IMG/VR virus record: IMGVR_UViG_3300013767_000052
Coordinates: 1 to 36,447 of that record
DNA length: 36,447 nucleotides
Reading direction: 5' to 3' (one strand)
DNA from: a virus
Lineage: Duplodnaviria > Caudoviricetes
A program made the translations under genes and the position numbers. Below are positions 26,205 through 35,200 of this stretch, one piece after another. The first letter of the stretch is position 1. The number at the start of each line of letters is the position of its first letter. The notes beneath the pieces are model-generated. The model saw nothing but the letters and a program-made list of their open reading frames with translations, made no database searches and was not told where the DNA came from.

Positions 26205-26990
26205 TTATCGCTTACGCCGCGCCGTGAGATCACGCCACACGCCGGGTTTGCCGTCCGACGTCACAACGCACTCGATGTCGGGGGCTTCGGAGTTGTCGAT
26301 GATGGCGCCGACCGCGTACGTTTTCCCCGCGTACTGGCAGCCGCCGAATGCCGCCTGGAGCTGATCGATTGTTTGATGGCTCGCCCAGGCGTAGTAGCCG
26401 AGGATGACGCCGCCCAGAAGCGCCGCGAACAACGTGACTTTCAGCATCGTTCGAGTGGACGCGAGCTGCGCCTGGGTGACCTGAAGTTGCGCTTGAAGTG
26501 GCACGGTCAAGTCGGGGCCACGGTCTTCGCAAATGTTGTCCCGAGCAGGCGCCGATTGGGCTGCGCTTGGTGCTGTGGACTTGATCGCTACGCGGTTTAG
26601 CCAGGAGGTCAGGTATTGCTCGATGTCGACATACCGATCGCTGCGAATCCACTTGATCCGCTTCGCGCCCGCGCGGGCCAGCACGGTTCGCGAAATCTTC
26701 AGGACGTCATTTTCGGTTGCGTCGGCGATCTGGCCGACCAGCTCCATGATCACGCCCTTCTGGTGATTGTTCACGAACTCGACTTCGGATTCTTTGGCTC
26801 CGAACTGCACATTCAGGACATTGCTGTTCGAAATCGGTACGCCATGGTTGACGATGTCGCGGCCGGCGACGTTTCCGATTGAGCCCGCCCGGATATTTAC
26901 AGAGCGATCAGCGATGTTTGCTTCTCCAGCCTGTATGGCTTGCCCGACCGCCTTGTTGAACTCCTGTTTCCCGTTAGCGTCATTGGTCAT
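26205..26990 (-). CDS. Membrane protein: N-terminal beta-rich motif, ORF6C-like helical domain, coiled coil, TM, small Cys-pair extracytoplasmic domain
   Basis: ATGA overlap with the repressor; TM VTLFAALLGGVILGYYAW; C-terminal CQYAGKTYAVGAII...IEC resembles DUF1496-type domains. Confidence 0.75.
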   Translation of the reverse strand: MTNDANGKQEFNKAVGQAIQAGEANIADRSVNIRAGSIGNVAGRDIVNHGVPISNSNVLNVQFGAKESEVEFVNNHQKGVIMELVGQIADATENDVLKISRTVLARAGAKRIKWIRSDRYVDIEQYLTSWLNRVAIKSTAPSAAQSAPARDNICEDRGPDLTVPLQAQLQVTQAQLASTRTMLKVTLFAALLGGVILGYYAWASHQTIDQLQAAFGGCQYAGKTYAVGAIIDNSEAPDIECVVTSDGKPGVWRDLTARRKR

Positions 26991-27421
26991 TTTCTCTTCT
27001 TGCCTTTACCGAAAAAGCTGATTCCCTGCTGATCGAGGTTCCCCTCGACCTTTACGGCCTGTCCTACCGAACCGTGAAATACCTGCTCCTGGCGAGTCGC
27101 GCTCTTCGTCGTGCTTGCGGCCGCAAGCGCACCGATTGCGGCGGCTTTTACCTCTAAAGACGCGGCACGAAAGCGCGCTAACAACTCGGCCTCGTCCCCA
27201 ACAAGAGCCGCGCTCGACCGCACGCCGGTCACAACGTACTGAACGTCCACGCCGACTTTCGATAGAGCGTTCAAGTACACGGCATCGGGAGTGCTTTCTC
27301 CCTTCTCATATGTGATCTGCGCGCGCTTCGAGGCCTCGCCAATAGCCGCGAACTGCGTCTGACTCATATCGAGCCGCTCGCGCTCCTCTTTCAGGCGCGC
27401 CCCGATCTCAGATTTCTGCAC
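26987..27421 (-). CDS. Prophage repressor, XRE-family HTH, no S24 peptidase domain
   Basis: IGARLKEERERLDMSQTQFA...YEKGESTPDAVYL...GVDVQYVVTG; divergent from the ner-like gene; GAGG RBS before the GTG at 27421. Confidence 0.9.
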   Translation of the reverse strand: MQKSEIGARLKEERERLDMSQTQFAAIGEASKRAQITYEKGESTPDAVYLNALSKVGVDVQYVVTGVRSSAALVGDEAELLARFRAASLEVKAAAIGALAAASTTKSATRQEQVFHGSVGQAVKVEGNLDQQGISFFGKGKKRK

Positions 27422-27459
27422 AAAAACCTCTTGCAAGGTGCAGAAATCTGCACCATACT
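27407..27459 (+). promoter_or_regulatory. Early promoter with two operator copies
   Basis: TTGCAA (27431-36), 17 nt, CATACT (27454-59); palindrome GGTGCAGA-AA-TCTGCACC (27437-54); second copy CTCAGATTTCTGCAC (27407-21) over the repressor start codon. Confidence 0.8.
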
Positions 27460-27538
27460 TATCTCACACAAACAGCAGCGAATTCACCCGCAAAGTCGCT
27501 TCGCCGCTGTCTCCCTCAAACCACCACGGAGGCTAACC

Positions 27539-27721
27539 GTGACCGTACCCAAATTCAAAGCCCAGCTCCGCAGCCAAGGCAAGACCATCCGTCAATGGGC
27601 CGAAGAGAACGAGTTCCCGCCCAGCGCCGTTTACCGCGTTCTTAACGGCGTCGACAAGGCCCATTTTGGCCGTGCGCACGACATCGCCGTGAAGGCCGGC
27701 ATCAAGCAAACCGCCGCCTGA
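27539..27721 (+). CDS. Ner/Cro-like DNA-binding protein (BcepMu gp16-like)
   Basis: GGAGG RBS plus GTG; GKTIRQWAEENEF...VYRVLNG...GRAHDIAVKAGIK. Confidence 0.88.
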   Translation: MTVPKFKAQLRSQGKTIRQWAEENEFPPSAVYRVLNGVDKAHFGRAHDIAVKAGIKQTAA

Positions 27722-27765
27722 GCGAATCATGCGCGACGCCTTCGGCTTCCCATTCGATAGCCCGA

Positions 27766-28002
27766 TCATCGGCGCGACCGCGCTTCGTCCAGCATCTGCA
27801 CCATCTGCAGGACGACTTCGCCGCCCCGAGCCTGGATCGGATCAGGTAACTGGCAACGTGCGGCCCCAAAGCGGCGTAGCGCCTGCGAAAAGCGCACGCC
27901 GTCGACGCAGCCCTGTTCCTCCAGGTGGCCGATAAGCCGGAGCATCGTCTGGCCGACAGCATCAACTCGTGCCGCCAACTCACTGAAATCCGAGTCCGTC
28001 AT
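27766..28002 (-). CDS. Small hypothetical protein antisense to the early operon
   Basis: 78 aa helical-looking ORF that exactly fills the gap between two + strand genes; purine-rich RBS. Confidence 0.65.
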   Translation of the reverse strand: MTDSDFSELAARVDAVGQTMLRLIGHLEEQGCVDGVRFSQALRRFGAARCQLPDPIQARGGEVVLQMVQMLDEARSRR

Positions 28003-28122
28003 GGAACATTTTCCCCGTAAGAGTAACCGCTTTTCATTCTACGAGTCGCAACGTTGTTGCATAGGCGCAAACCGGGAATTTGTTTGGAACCGGCCGGAAA
28101 CCGTTCTGAATGGGGATTCCCA

Positions 28123-28602
28123 ATGAGCCGCCGCAATTGGAAACGTATTCAGCCGCATAGCCTTCGGCACGCGCTTGAACTCTGTAAAGAGCATGCGCGC
28201 GAGCGGCGCAATCTCAGTGTCGAGCGCATCGCCGAACACATGGGGCTTGCCGATCACTGGACCCTCTACAAGTGGTTCCAGTCGGGGCGCATGCCGATCT
28301 CGTTGATCCGACCGTTCGAAGAAGCCTGCGGCTCCGACTTCGTCACCCGCTGGGTGGCGGCGAGCGCCGGCCGTCTGATCATCGACATCCCGACCGGTCG
28401 CGATGCCTCGGCCGAAGACATGCAGGTCCTGCAGCGCACGCTCAACGCGGCTGTCGGGCAACTGCTCGATTTCTACGCTGGCTCGGCCAACGCCGACGAG
28501 ACGATCGCGACGATCCAGCAGGCTATGGAAGGGCTTGCGTGGCATCGCGGCAACGTCGAGCGCCACGTGCAGCCCGAACTCGACCTGGGAGCGCCCGAAT
28601 GA
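28123..28602 (+). CDS. CII-like/HTH phage regulatory protein
   Basis: LSVERIAEHMGLADHWTLYKW HTH-like segment; early operon position. Confidence 0.7.
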   Translation: MSRRNWKRIQPHSLRHALELCKEHARERRNLSVERIAEHMGLADHWTLYKWFQSGRMPISLIRPFEEACGSDFVTRWVAASAGRLIIDIPTGRDASAEDMQVLQRTLNAAVGQLLDFYAGSANADETIATIQQAMEGLAWHRGNVERHVQPELDLGAPE

Positions 28603-28904
28603 CCGCGAACGCAACCACGAAGTCTGCCGAGAAAGTGCTCGAAGTGCTCAACGTCCTGCTCGGCCATTTCGCGCACGGTCTGACGCCAGGCGAGGTCGCC
28701 AAGGCGACGAACCTGTCGCCGTCGAACATCACCCGATATGTCGCGACGCTTGAGGCGATGGGATTCGCGGAGCGGATACCCGAGACGGGCCGTATTCGGC
28801 CGTCCGTGAAGCTTGCGCAACACGCCGTAGGCATCTTGCGCAGCTTGGACAGCGCCCGAGCCCGCATTGATGAAACCGAAAACCGCCTGAAGAAGTACGT
28901 CTAA
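28599..28904 (+). CDS. IclR-type winged-HTH protein
   Basis: SAEKVLEVL...GLTPGEVAKATNLSPSNITRYVATLEAMGFAER. Confidence 0.85.
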   Translation: MTANATTKSAEKVLEVLNVLLGHFAHGLTPGEVAKATNLSPSNITRYVATLEAMGFAERIPETGRIRPSVKLAQHAVGILRSLDSARARIDETENRLKKYV

Positions 28905-28916
28905 CTGGAGAAGGCT

Positions 28917-29834
28917 ATGGGCCGCAAAGCACAAGAATCAACCGCCATCGCTGCGGATAACACCCTGGAAGTTCTTCCCGCGCTTACCGACGCGGCTAAC
29001 AAGCTCGCTGCACGCTCCAGCGAAATTTCGAAGCAGTTCGGCGATGGCTTGCCATACGAGCGTCATCGTGTCGTGAATGAGGCCCGTTTTTACATGGCGC
29101 AGTCTGCCGAAGCCATGCTTGAGGCGGGCAAGCGCTTGATCCTCTTGAAGGAGAACGAGCCGCACGGCGAGTTCACCTCGATCGTCGAAGAACAGCTCGG
29201 GCTTGCACCGCGTACGGCGCGACTGATGATCCAAGCCGCCGTCAAGTACTCGTCGCCTCAACTCGAATCAAAACGGCAAGCGCTTGCCGTTTTGGGAAAA
29301 ACGAAGCTGTTCGAGCTGATGACGGAGGATGACGAAGAACTGGCCGCGCTCGCAGACGGCGGCACGATCGCCGGCATGGACCTCGACGATATCGACCGTA
29401 TGACGAGCCGAGAACTGCGTGCCGCGCTTCGGGAAGCGCATGAAAACGCTACCGCTCAGTCCCGCCTTCTGTCCGACAAGAACGCGAAGATCGACGAGCT
29501 CGCCGCGAAGAAGACGCGTGTCAAACGGGTCACACCCGACCAAGAAGGCGCGGAAATCCGCAAGGAAACCAGCGCGATCGCCTTCGAAGCAGAGTCGGTC
29601 ATTCGTGGAAACCTGCGTTCCGCGTTCGAAACCCTGGCGCAGCACGCCGAGACGAACGGTGCGCCGCACGACGACTTCATGGCCGGCGTCCTGGGTCAAA
29701 TCCAGTTGTCGCTCAACCAGCTTCGAAGCGAGTTCGGCGTCAAGGCCGCTGCGGACGGCGACGACGTCCCGCAATGGCTGCGTGATACGGCAGCCGGGAC
29801 GGTGGCTGACGACCACTCACGCGCCGCTAACTGA
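28917..29834 (+). CDS. DUF3102-like protein
   Basis: EAGKRLILLKENEPHGEF...RTARLMI motif; precedes the transposase. Confidence 0.8.
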   Translation: MGRKAQESTAIAADNTLEVLPALTDAANKLAARSSEISKQFGDGLPYERHRVVNEARFYMAQSAEAMLEAGKRLILLKENEPHGEFTSIVEEQLGLAPRTARLMIQAAVKYSSPQLESKRQALAVLGKTKLFELMTEDDEELAALADGGTIAGMDLDDIDRMTSRELRAALREAHENATAQSRLLSDKNAKIDELAAKKTRVKRVTPDQEGAEIRKETSAIAFEAESVIRGNLRSAFETLAQHAETNGAPHDDFMAGVLGQIQLSLNQLRSEFGVKAAADGDDVPQWLRDTAAGTVADDHSRAAN

Positions 29835-29851
29835 TCCGGGGGCTCGCGACG

Positions 29852-31651
29852 ATGAGTGCCGTCTTGAACGAACGCATTGTGGCTGTCGCCCAGGCAGCAC
29901 GCAGCGCCGGCCACGGGAAGAAGCGTGCGATCTACGACGCGGCATGCCGCGAGCTGGGCCTGTCTTTCACCACCCTGATGCGCAAACTTAAGGAAGCTAC
30001 CGTGACCACGCAGCGCAAGCGCCGTGTAGACGCAGGTCAAAGCTCGCTGACGCGTGAGGAAGCGATGCTGATTTCCGCGACGCTCATCGAGTCGACCCGG
30101 AAGAACGGCAAGCGCCTGTATACGGTCGGTGATGCAGTCGAGATTTTGCGCGAGAACGGGATGATCCGCGCGGAATTTCTGGACGAGTCTACTGGCGAGC
30201 TGCGGCCGTTGTCCGATAGCGCGATTCAACGTGCACTGCGCACGTACGGCGTGCACCCCGATCAGTTGCTGGCACCCGCCCCGGTGACTGAGTTGGCGAG
30301 CCGGCATCCGAATCACGTATGGCAGATCGACGCGAGCCTGTGCGTCCTGTACTACCTGAAGCCGGCCGCCGATGCTCGCGCCAACGGACTACGCGTGATG
30401 GATCACGCCGAGTTCTACAAGAACAAGCCGAAGAACCTCGCCCGGATCGCTGCCGATCGCGTATGGAGCTACGAAATCTCCGACCACGCGAGCGACTGGA
30501 TTTACACCGAGTACGTGATGGGCGCGGAATCGGGCGAAAACCTCTGCTCGACGCTCATTAACGCAATGCAGGAACGCGGAGGCGCCGACCTGCTGCATGG
30601 GGTTCCGCGCATTCTGATGCTCGACGCTGGTTCAGCGAACACGGCCTCCATGACCCGCAACCTGTGCAGGTCGCTCGGGATCGAGCTGATCGTGCACAAG
30701 GTCGGCAATGCACGTGCCACGGGACAGGTGGAAAACGCGCGGAACCTCATCGAGCGCAAGTTCGAGCCGGGGCTCAAGTTCCGGCCCGTGAACAGCCTCG
30801 ACGAACTCAATGCGCTCGCGAAGCGTTGGCGCATGCACTTCAACGCAACCGAAACACATAGCCGCCACGGTGCTACGCGTAGCGAGGCGTGGATGCGCAT
30901 TACCGCCCAGCAACTGATCAAGGCTCCGTCGCTCGACGTGTGCCGCGAACTGGCGGTTGCTGCGCCGGAAAGCCGCAAGGTCACGCCGAAGCTGCGCGTG
31001 TCGTTCCGTGGCGAGGAATACGACGTTTCGTCGGTGCCCGGCGTCATGGTCGGCGAAAAGCTGATGATCACACGCAACCCGTGGCGCGACGATGCCGCGC
31101 AGGCCGTCCTGACCGGCGAAGACGGACACGAAACGTTCTACGTTGTCCCGGTCGTGACGCGCGGCGAATTCGGCTACGCGGAAAGCGCCGCGGTCATCGG
31201 CGAATCGTACAGGCGGCATGCCGATACGCCGGCGCAGCACGCGCTTCGTGAGATTGAGCAGCTCGTGACCGGTACGTCGACGCCTGCGGAGGCCGAAGCG
31301 GCTCGCAAGGGTAAGGCTCTGCCATTCGGCGGCCGCCTGGACCCGTACAAGCACCTCGACGAAGCCGATCTTCCGACGTACCTGCCGCGCCGTGGCACGG
31401 AACACGACCTCGTCGCGCCGCGCGTCGAACTCGCGCCGCTCACGCTGATCGAGGCAGCGAAGCAGATCAAGACGGCAGTCGAAGCCGCAGGCGGCGACTG
31501 GAGCGCCGACCGGTTCCGCTGGCTGCAACAGCGCTATCCGGATGGCGTACCCCAAGAACAGCTCGACGCGATCGTCGCCGAGCTTACCGGCCCGCGCGCG
31601 GGTCAACAACAACCGCTGCAGCTCGTTCGCGCTGCGGCAGGAGGTCAATGA
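29852..31651 (+). CDS. DDE transposase (MuA analogue, integrase-core type)
   Basis: HPNHVWQIDAS (D), ILMLDAGSAN (D), ATGQVENA (E). Confidence 0.93.
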   Translation: MSAVLNERIVAVAQAARSAGHGKKRAIYDAACRELGLSFTTLMRKLKEATVTTQRKRRVDAGQSSLTREEAMLISATLIESTRKNGKRLYTVGDAVEILRENGMIRAEFLDESTGELRPLSDSAIQRALRTYGVHPDQLLAPAPVTELASRHPNHVWQIDASLCVLYYLKPAADARANGLRVMDHAEFYKNKPKNLARIAADRVWSYEISDHASDWIYTEYVMGAESGENLCSTLINAMQERGGADLLHGVPRILMLDAGSANTASMTRNLCRSLGIELIVHKVGNARATGQVENARNLIERKFEPGLKFRPVNSLDELNALAKRWRMHFNATETHSRHGATRSEAWMRITAQQLIKAPSLDVCRELAVAAPESRKVTPKLRVSFRGEEYDVSSVPGVMVGEKLMITRNPWRDDAAQAVLTGEDGHETFYVVPVVTRGEFGYAESAAVIGESYRRHADTPAQHALREIEQLVTGTSTPAEAEAARKGKALPFGGRLDPYKHLDEADLPTYLPRRGTEHDLVAPRVELAPLTLIEAAKQIKTAVEAAGGDWSADRFRWLQQRYPDGVPQEQLDAIVAELTGPRAGQQQPLQLVRAAAGGQ

Positions 31652-32862
31652 TGTTGGTCCTGAAAAGCGTTCTGCAACGCGCCTCTATCAAGCAGGCCGA
31701 ACTTGCCGAACACCTGAATCTGTCGCAGGCGGCCGTCGCTCAAATCGTGAATCACGGCGTATGGCCACGCAGCCTCGACGACCTCGACCTGCGGGAGCGG
31801 ATTCTCGACTACCTGGAGAACAAAGGGGTGTCGGACGCAGGCTCAGGTGTTTTCGATGAAGAAGTGAAGGTGGGCGGCCCGACCGATGTCTTGGCGGATA
31901 CGACGGGCCACCCGGTCTCCCAGCCGAACAGCAATACCGATCTCAACCAGGAGGATTCCATGTTACTGCGCAAACAAGTGCTCGCACCAGCCACCCGTAA
32001 GCACTTCGGCCTGTTCCGCGATCCGTTCGCGGACGACATCCAGTCGCACGAAGACATGTTCGTCAGTCCGGACATCCGCTACGTGCGCGAGGCGATGTTT
32101 CAGACCGCGAAGCATGGCGGGCTCCTGGCCGTCGTCGCGGAATCGGGCGGCGGCAAGACGACGCTCATGCGCGACCTCGAAGACCGTGTGATGCGCGAGA
32201 GCCACCCGATCATCGTCATCAAGCCCTACGTGCTGGCGATGGAAGACAACGACCAGAAAGGCAAGACGCTGAAGGCGACGCACATCGCCGAAGCGATCAT
32301 GACCGCCGTCGCCCCGCTGGAGAAGGTCAAGAGCAGCCCGGAAGCCCGCTTCGCGCAGCTCCACAAGGCGTTGAAGGAAAGCCACGCAGCGGGCTACCAG
32401 CATTGCCTCGTGATCGATGAGGCGCACGCGCTGCCGATCGCGACGCTCAAGCACCTGAAGCGTTTCTTCGAGTTGGAAATGGGCTTTAAAAAGCTGCTGT
32501 CCATCATCCTGATCGGCCAGCCTGAGCTGAAGGTGAAGCTGTCCGAGCGCAACCAGGACGTCCGGGAAGTCGTGCAGCGATGCGAAATGGTCGAGCTGGC
32601 CCCGCTCGACGGCCCGCGCCTGGACGAATACCTCCGGTTCAAGTTCGGCCGTCTCGACAAGCCGGTCGGTGACGTGATCGACGTCAGCGGCGTCGACGCG
32701 CTGCGGGCGCGGCTCACGATGACCAGCACGCGGCGCGATCGCGCCGAAACGGTGTCGCTGTTGTACCCGCTCGCGGTCGGCAACCTCCTGACGGCCGCAA
32801 TGAACCTCGCCGCCGGCCTGGGCGTGCCGGTCGTCACTGCGGACGTGATCAAGGGAGTCTGA
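31648..32862 (+). CDS. Transposition AAA+ ATPase (MuB analogue, ExeA-like) with N-terminal HTH
   Basis: Walker A AESGGGKTT, Walker B LVIDEAH, IILIGQPEL; N-terminal IKQAELAEHLNLSQAAVAQIVN. Confidence 0.92.
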   Translation: MMLVLKSVLQRASIKQAELAEHLNLSQAAVAQIVNHGVWPRSLDDLDLRERILDYLENKGVSDAGSGVFDEEVKVGGPTDVLADTTGHPVSQPNSNTDLNQEDSMLLRKQVLAPATRKHFGLFRDPFADDIQSHEDMFVSPDIRYVREAMFQTAKHGGLLAVVAESGGGKTTLMRDLEDRVMRESHPIIVIKPYVLAMEDNDQKGKTLKATHIAEAIMTAVAPLEKVKSSPEARFAQLHKALKESHAAGYQHCLVIDEAHALPIATLKHLKRFFELEMGFKKLLSIILIGQPELKVKLSERNQDVREVVQRCEMVELAPLDGPRLDEYLRFKFGRLDKPVGDVIDVSGVDALRARLTMTSTRRDRAETVSLLYPLAVGNLLTAAMNLAAGLGVPVVTADVIKGV

Positions 32863-32863
32863 C

Positions 32864-33193
32864 ATGGGCGCCATCGTGCAAATGAACCTACCCGCACCGC
32901 GGAGCGTACTGCCTGACGGCACGCGGGTGTTCGACGCGGAGTGCGTCTCGCGTCTCACGTTGTTGAACGCCTGTGCGCGGGCGCTGCGCGGCCTGGGCTA
33001 TCGGGTGCTGGCCGAAGAGATTGCGCCGCGCGACGGCGGCCGACCGACTATCCAGATCGGCCCGTACCTTGTGAAGTCGTCCGACGTGCTGCGAGAGCGT
33101 GCGGGCGGTATTTCGATCCAGCGGAACGGCAATCGTCAGTTCGCCTCCGTCGTTTTCATGAGCGTTCGAGTGACGTGGGAGATAGCAGCATGA
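32864..33193 (+). CDS. Hypothetical early protein
   Basis: Tightly packed ORF with GGAG RBS. Confidence 0.7.
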   Translation: MGAIVQMNLPAPRSVLPDGTRVFDAECVSRLTLLNACARALRGLGYRVLAEEIAPRDGGRPTIQIGPYLVKSSDVLRERAGGISIQRNGNRQFASVVFMSVRVTWEIAA

Positions 33194-33438
33194 GCCCGTT
33201 CCTTGGCCCGCGCTACGGCGATGTGCAAACGGAGTACTGCACGGCGGACGACCGCATCCGCATGGTGCGCGACTTTGATCGCGTGAAGTGTGAGGCCGCG
33301 TTGGAGATGCCGAACCTTCAGAAAACCGTTCGTCGTGCAGTGCTCGCGCGCCTGAAAAAACTGCGGGCATTCGATCGCGAGTTTGCGCAGGAGTCGGCCC
33401 GTCAGATCAACGCTCCCGCAACAGGAGAAAAGTCGTGA
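33190..33438 (+). CDS. Hypothetical early protein
   Basis: ATGA overlap upstream, GTGA overlap downstream. Confidence 0.65.
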   Translation: MSPFLGPRYGDVQTEYCTADDRIRMVRDFDRVKCEAALEMPNLQKTVRRAVLARLKKLRAFDREFAQESARQINAPATGEKS

Positions 33439-33659
33439 GCATCGAGAAACCGACGTTTCAAGAACTTGGAACGCTACTGCGCGTCGTCGGAGCGTACATG
33501 GAGACAACCGGCGTTATGCCGGGTGTGGTGGTCGGCGAGTACCGCGACCACACGGGCGACGAGACGCTTATCGAGCAAATGGAAGACGCCGGCATCGACC
33601 CGGACCGCGCCGCGGAGCTGCTCGGCCTGAGTCTCGAAGAAATCGCACGCATCGACTGA
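33435..33659 (+). CDS. Small acidic hypothetical protein
   Basis: AGGAG RBS, GTG start, 74 aa. Confidence 0.7.
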   Translation: MSIEKPTFQELGTLLRVVGAYMETTGVMPGVVVGEYRDHTGDETLIEQMEDAGIDPDRAAELLGLSLEEIARID

Positions 33660-33772
33660 TGAACAACCGCACCGCCCGGACTGCTATGAGCGACACCATC
33701 GTTATTGCCGTGGGAATTGTCTTTCTCGTCTGCCTCTGCCGCAAGGAAATACGTCGCTGGTGGACGAGCTAA
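33659..33772 (+). CDS. Small single-TM peptide (28-37 aa)
   Basis: TGATG overlap; IVIAVGIVFLVCLC followed by RKEIRRWW. Confidence 0.55.
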   Translation: MNNRTARTAMSDTIVIAVGIVFLVCLCRKEIRRWWTS

Positions 33773-33807
33773 TCAACCTTCAACCATCCACCGATTAGGA
33801 GCAACAC

Positions 33808-34425
33808 ATGGAACAGAAACAGATTCCGAGCGGTTACTGGCAGGACGCGAAAGGCTGCCTGATTCCGGAAACCATGATCAAGCCCATCGATCGCGAACGT
33901 GATCGGCTGGTGCGTGAGCTGGCCGACGAAGCCAAAGCGAGATCGAAGGGACTCGTCGACCTGAAGGCCCGAATCTTCGGTGATATCTCCGCCTTTATCG
34001 ATCTTTCCGCGGAGGAATACGGTTCGAAAGTTGGCGGCAAGAAGGGCAACGTCACTCTGTACTCGTTCGACGGCCGCTATCGCATCCAGCGCGCCATCCA
34101 GGACCGCATCGCGTTCGACGAACGCCTGCAGGCGGCCAAATCCATGATCGACGAGTGTCTTCGTGACTGGACCCTGGACGCCCGCCCCGAGATTCAGGCG
34201 ATCGTGACGCAGGCGTTTGCGACCGACAAGGAAGGCCAGATCAACACCGGGCGCGTGCTCGCGCTGCGCCGACTGGACATTACCGATCCGCGCTGGATGG
34301 AGGCGATGCGAGCCATCGGCGAGGCTCTGCAGGTGATCGGCAGCAAGTCGTACGTCCGCGTCTATGAGCGCGTCGGTGATACGGACCAATACGTACAGAT
34401 TCCGCTCGACATCGCGAACGCGTAA
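33808..34425 (+). CDS. DUF3164 family protein
   Basis: GYWQDAKGCLIP, KGNVTLYSFDG, FDERLQAAK, SKSYVRVYER. Confidence 0.88.
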   Translation: MEQKQIPSGYWQDAKGCLIPETMIKPIDRERDRLVRELADEAKARSKGLVDLKARIFGDISAFIDLSAEEYGSKVGGKKGNVTLYSFDGRYRIQRAIQDRIAFDERLQAAKSMIDECLRDWTLDARPEIQAIVTQAFATDKEGQINTGRVLALRRLDITDPRWMEAMRAIGEALQVIGSKSYVRVYERVGDTDQYVQIPLDIANA

Positions 34426-34488
34426 TCGCGACATCGAGCATTTTCGCTGGCCGCGAGCGTCTCGCGGTATCCACCATACGGAGTGTTT

Positions 34489-34761
34489 ATGAACAAAGCA
34501 GACCTGGTCAATCACGTGGCAGCAGAAACCGGCCTGACGAAAGCCGACTCCGGCTTCGCCCTGGAAGCCGTTATCGAAGGCATCACGAAGTCGCTGCGCA
34601 AGGGCGACACCGTGACGCTGACGGGATTCGGGGTGTTCAGCGTAGGTGCGCGGGCAGCCCGCACCGGGCGCAACCCTGCGACCGGCGAGGAAATCAAGAT
34701 CCCCGCCTCGAAAGCGCCGAAGTTCAAGGCTGGCAAGGGACTGAAGGACGCCGTCAAGTAA
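34489..34761 (+). CDS. hup: HU family DNA-binding protein
   Basis: MNKADLV...GFGVF...[35 protein letters not shown]. Confidence 0.96.
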   Translation: MNKADLVNHVAAETGLTKADSGFALEAVIEGITKSLRKGDTVTLTGFGVFSVGARAARTGRNPATGEEIKIPASKAPKFKAGKGLKDAVK

Positions 34762-34843
34762 TCGTCGAGCTGCGGCGGAGACGCCCGACGCACCGGGCGT
34801 CCAACATTTGCCGGAACGACGCACTCTGAACAAGGAACACACC

Positions 34844-35200
34844 ATGACCACTGATATGAGCCGCCTTGAAGCGCTGACGGACGACCAGGCAGACGAGCAT
34901 CGTTCGTCGTTCACGGCCACGCTGATCGGCGAAATTTCCGAGATCCCGGACCGCAACAGCCCAGACGACGAACCCGACGCGCTGATCGCGAACGCGGACG
35001 AGATCGCCAACTGTGTTACGAACGCGCTCAATCGCATGGATTTCGTCGTCGTGCCGCGCTCGCTGCTCGCTGCCCGCCAATTCGAGCAGCAGGAAGCAGC
35101 GCCGGGTGGATATTGCGAACGTGCTGGCGGTTGCGTGTGTGGCGGCGACCTGCCGCGAGTGCGTGAGGGGTGTTCTGAGTGGGTGAAATATGGCCGATAG
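34844..35200 (+). CDS. Hypothetical acidic protein with Cys-rich C-terminus
   Basis: AAGGA RBS; CERAGGCVCGGDLPRVREGC. Confidence 0.7.
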   Translation: MTTDMSRLEALTDDQADEHRSSFTATLIGEISEIPDRNSPDDEPDALIANADEIANCVTNALNRMDFVVVPRSLLAARQFEQQEAAPGGYCERAGGCVCGGDLPRVREGCSEWVKYGR

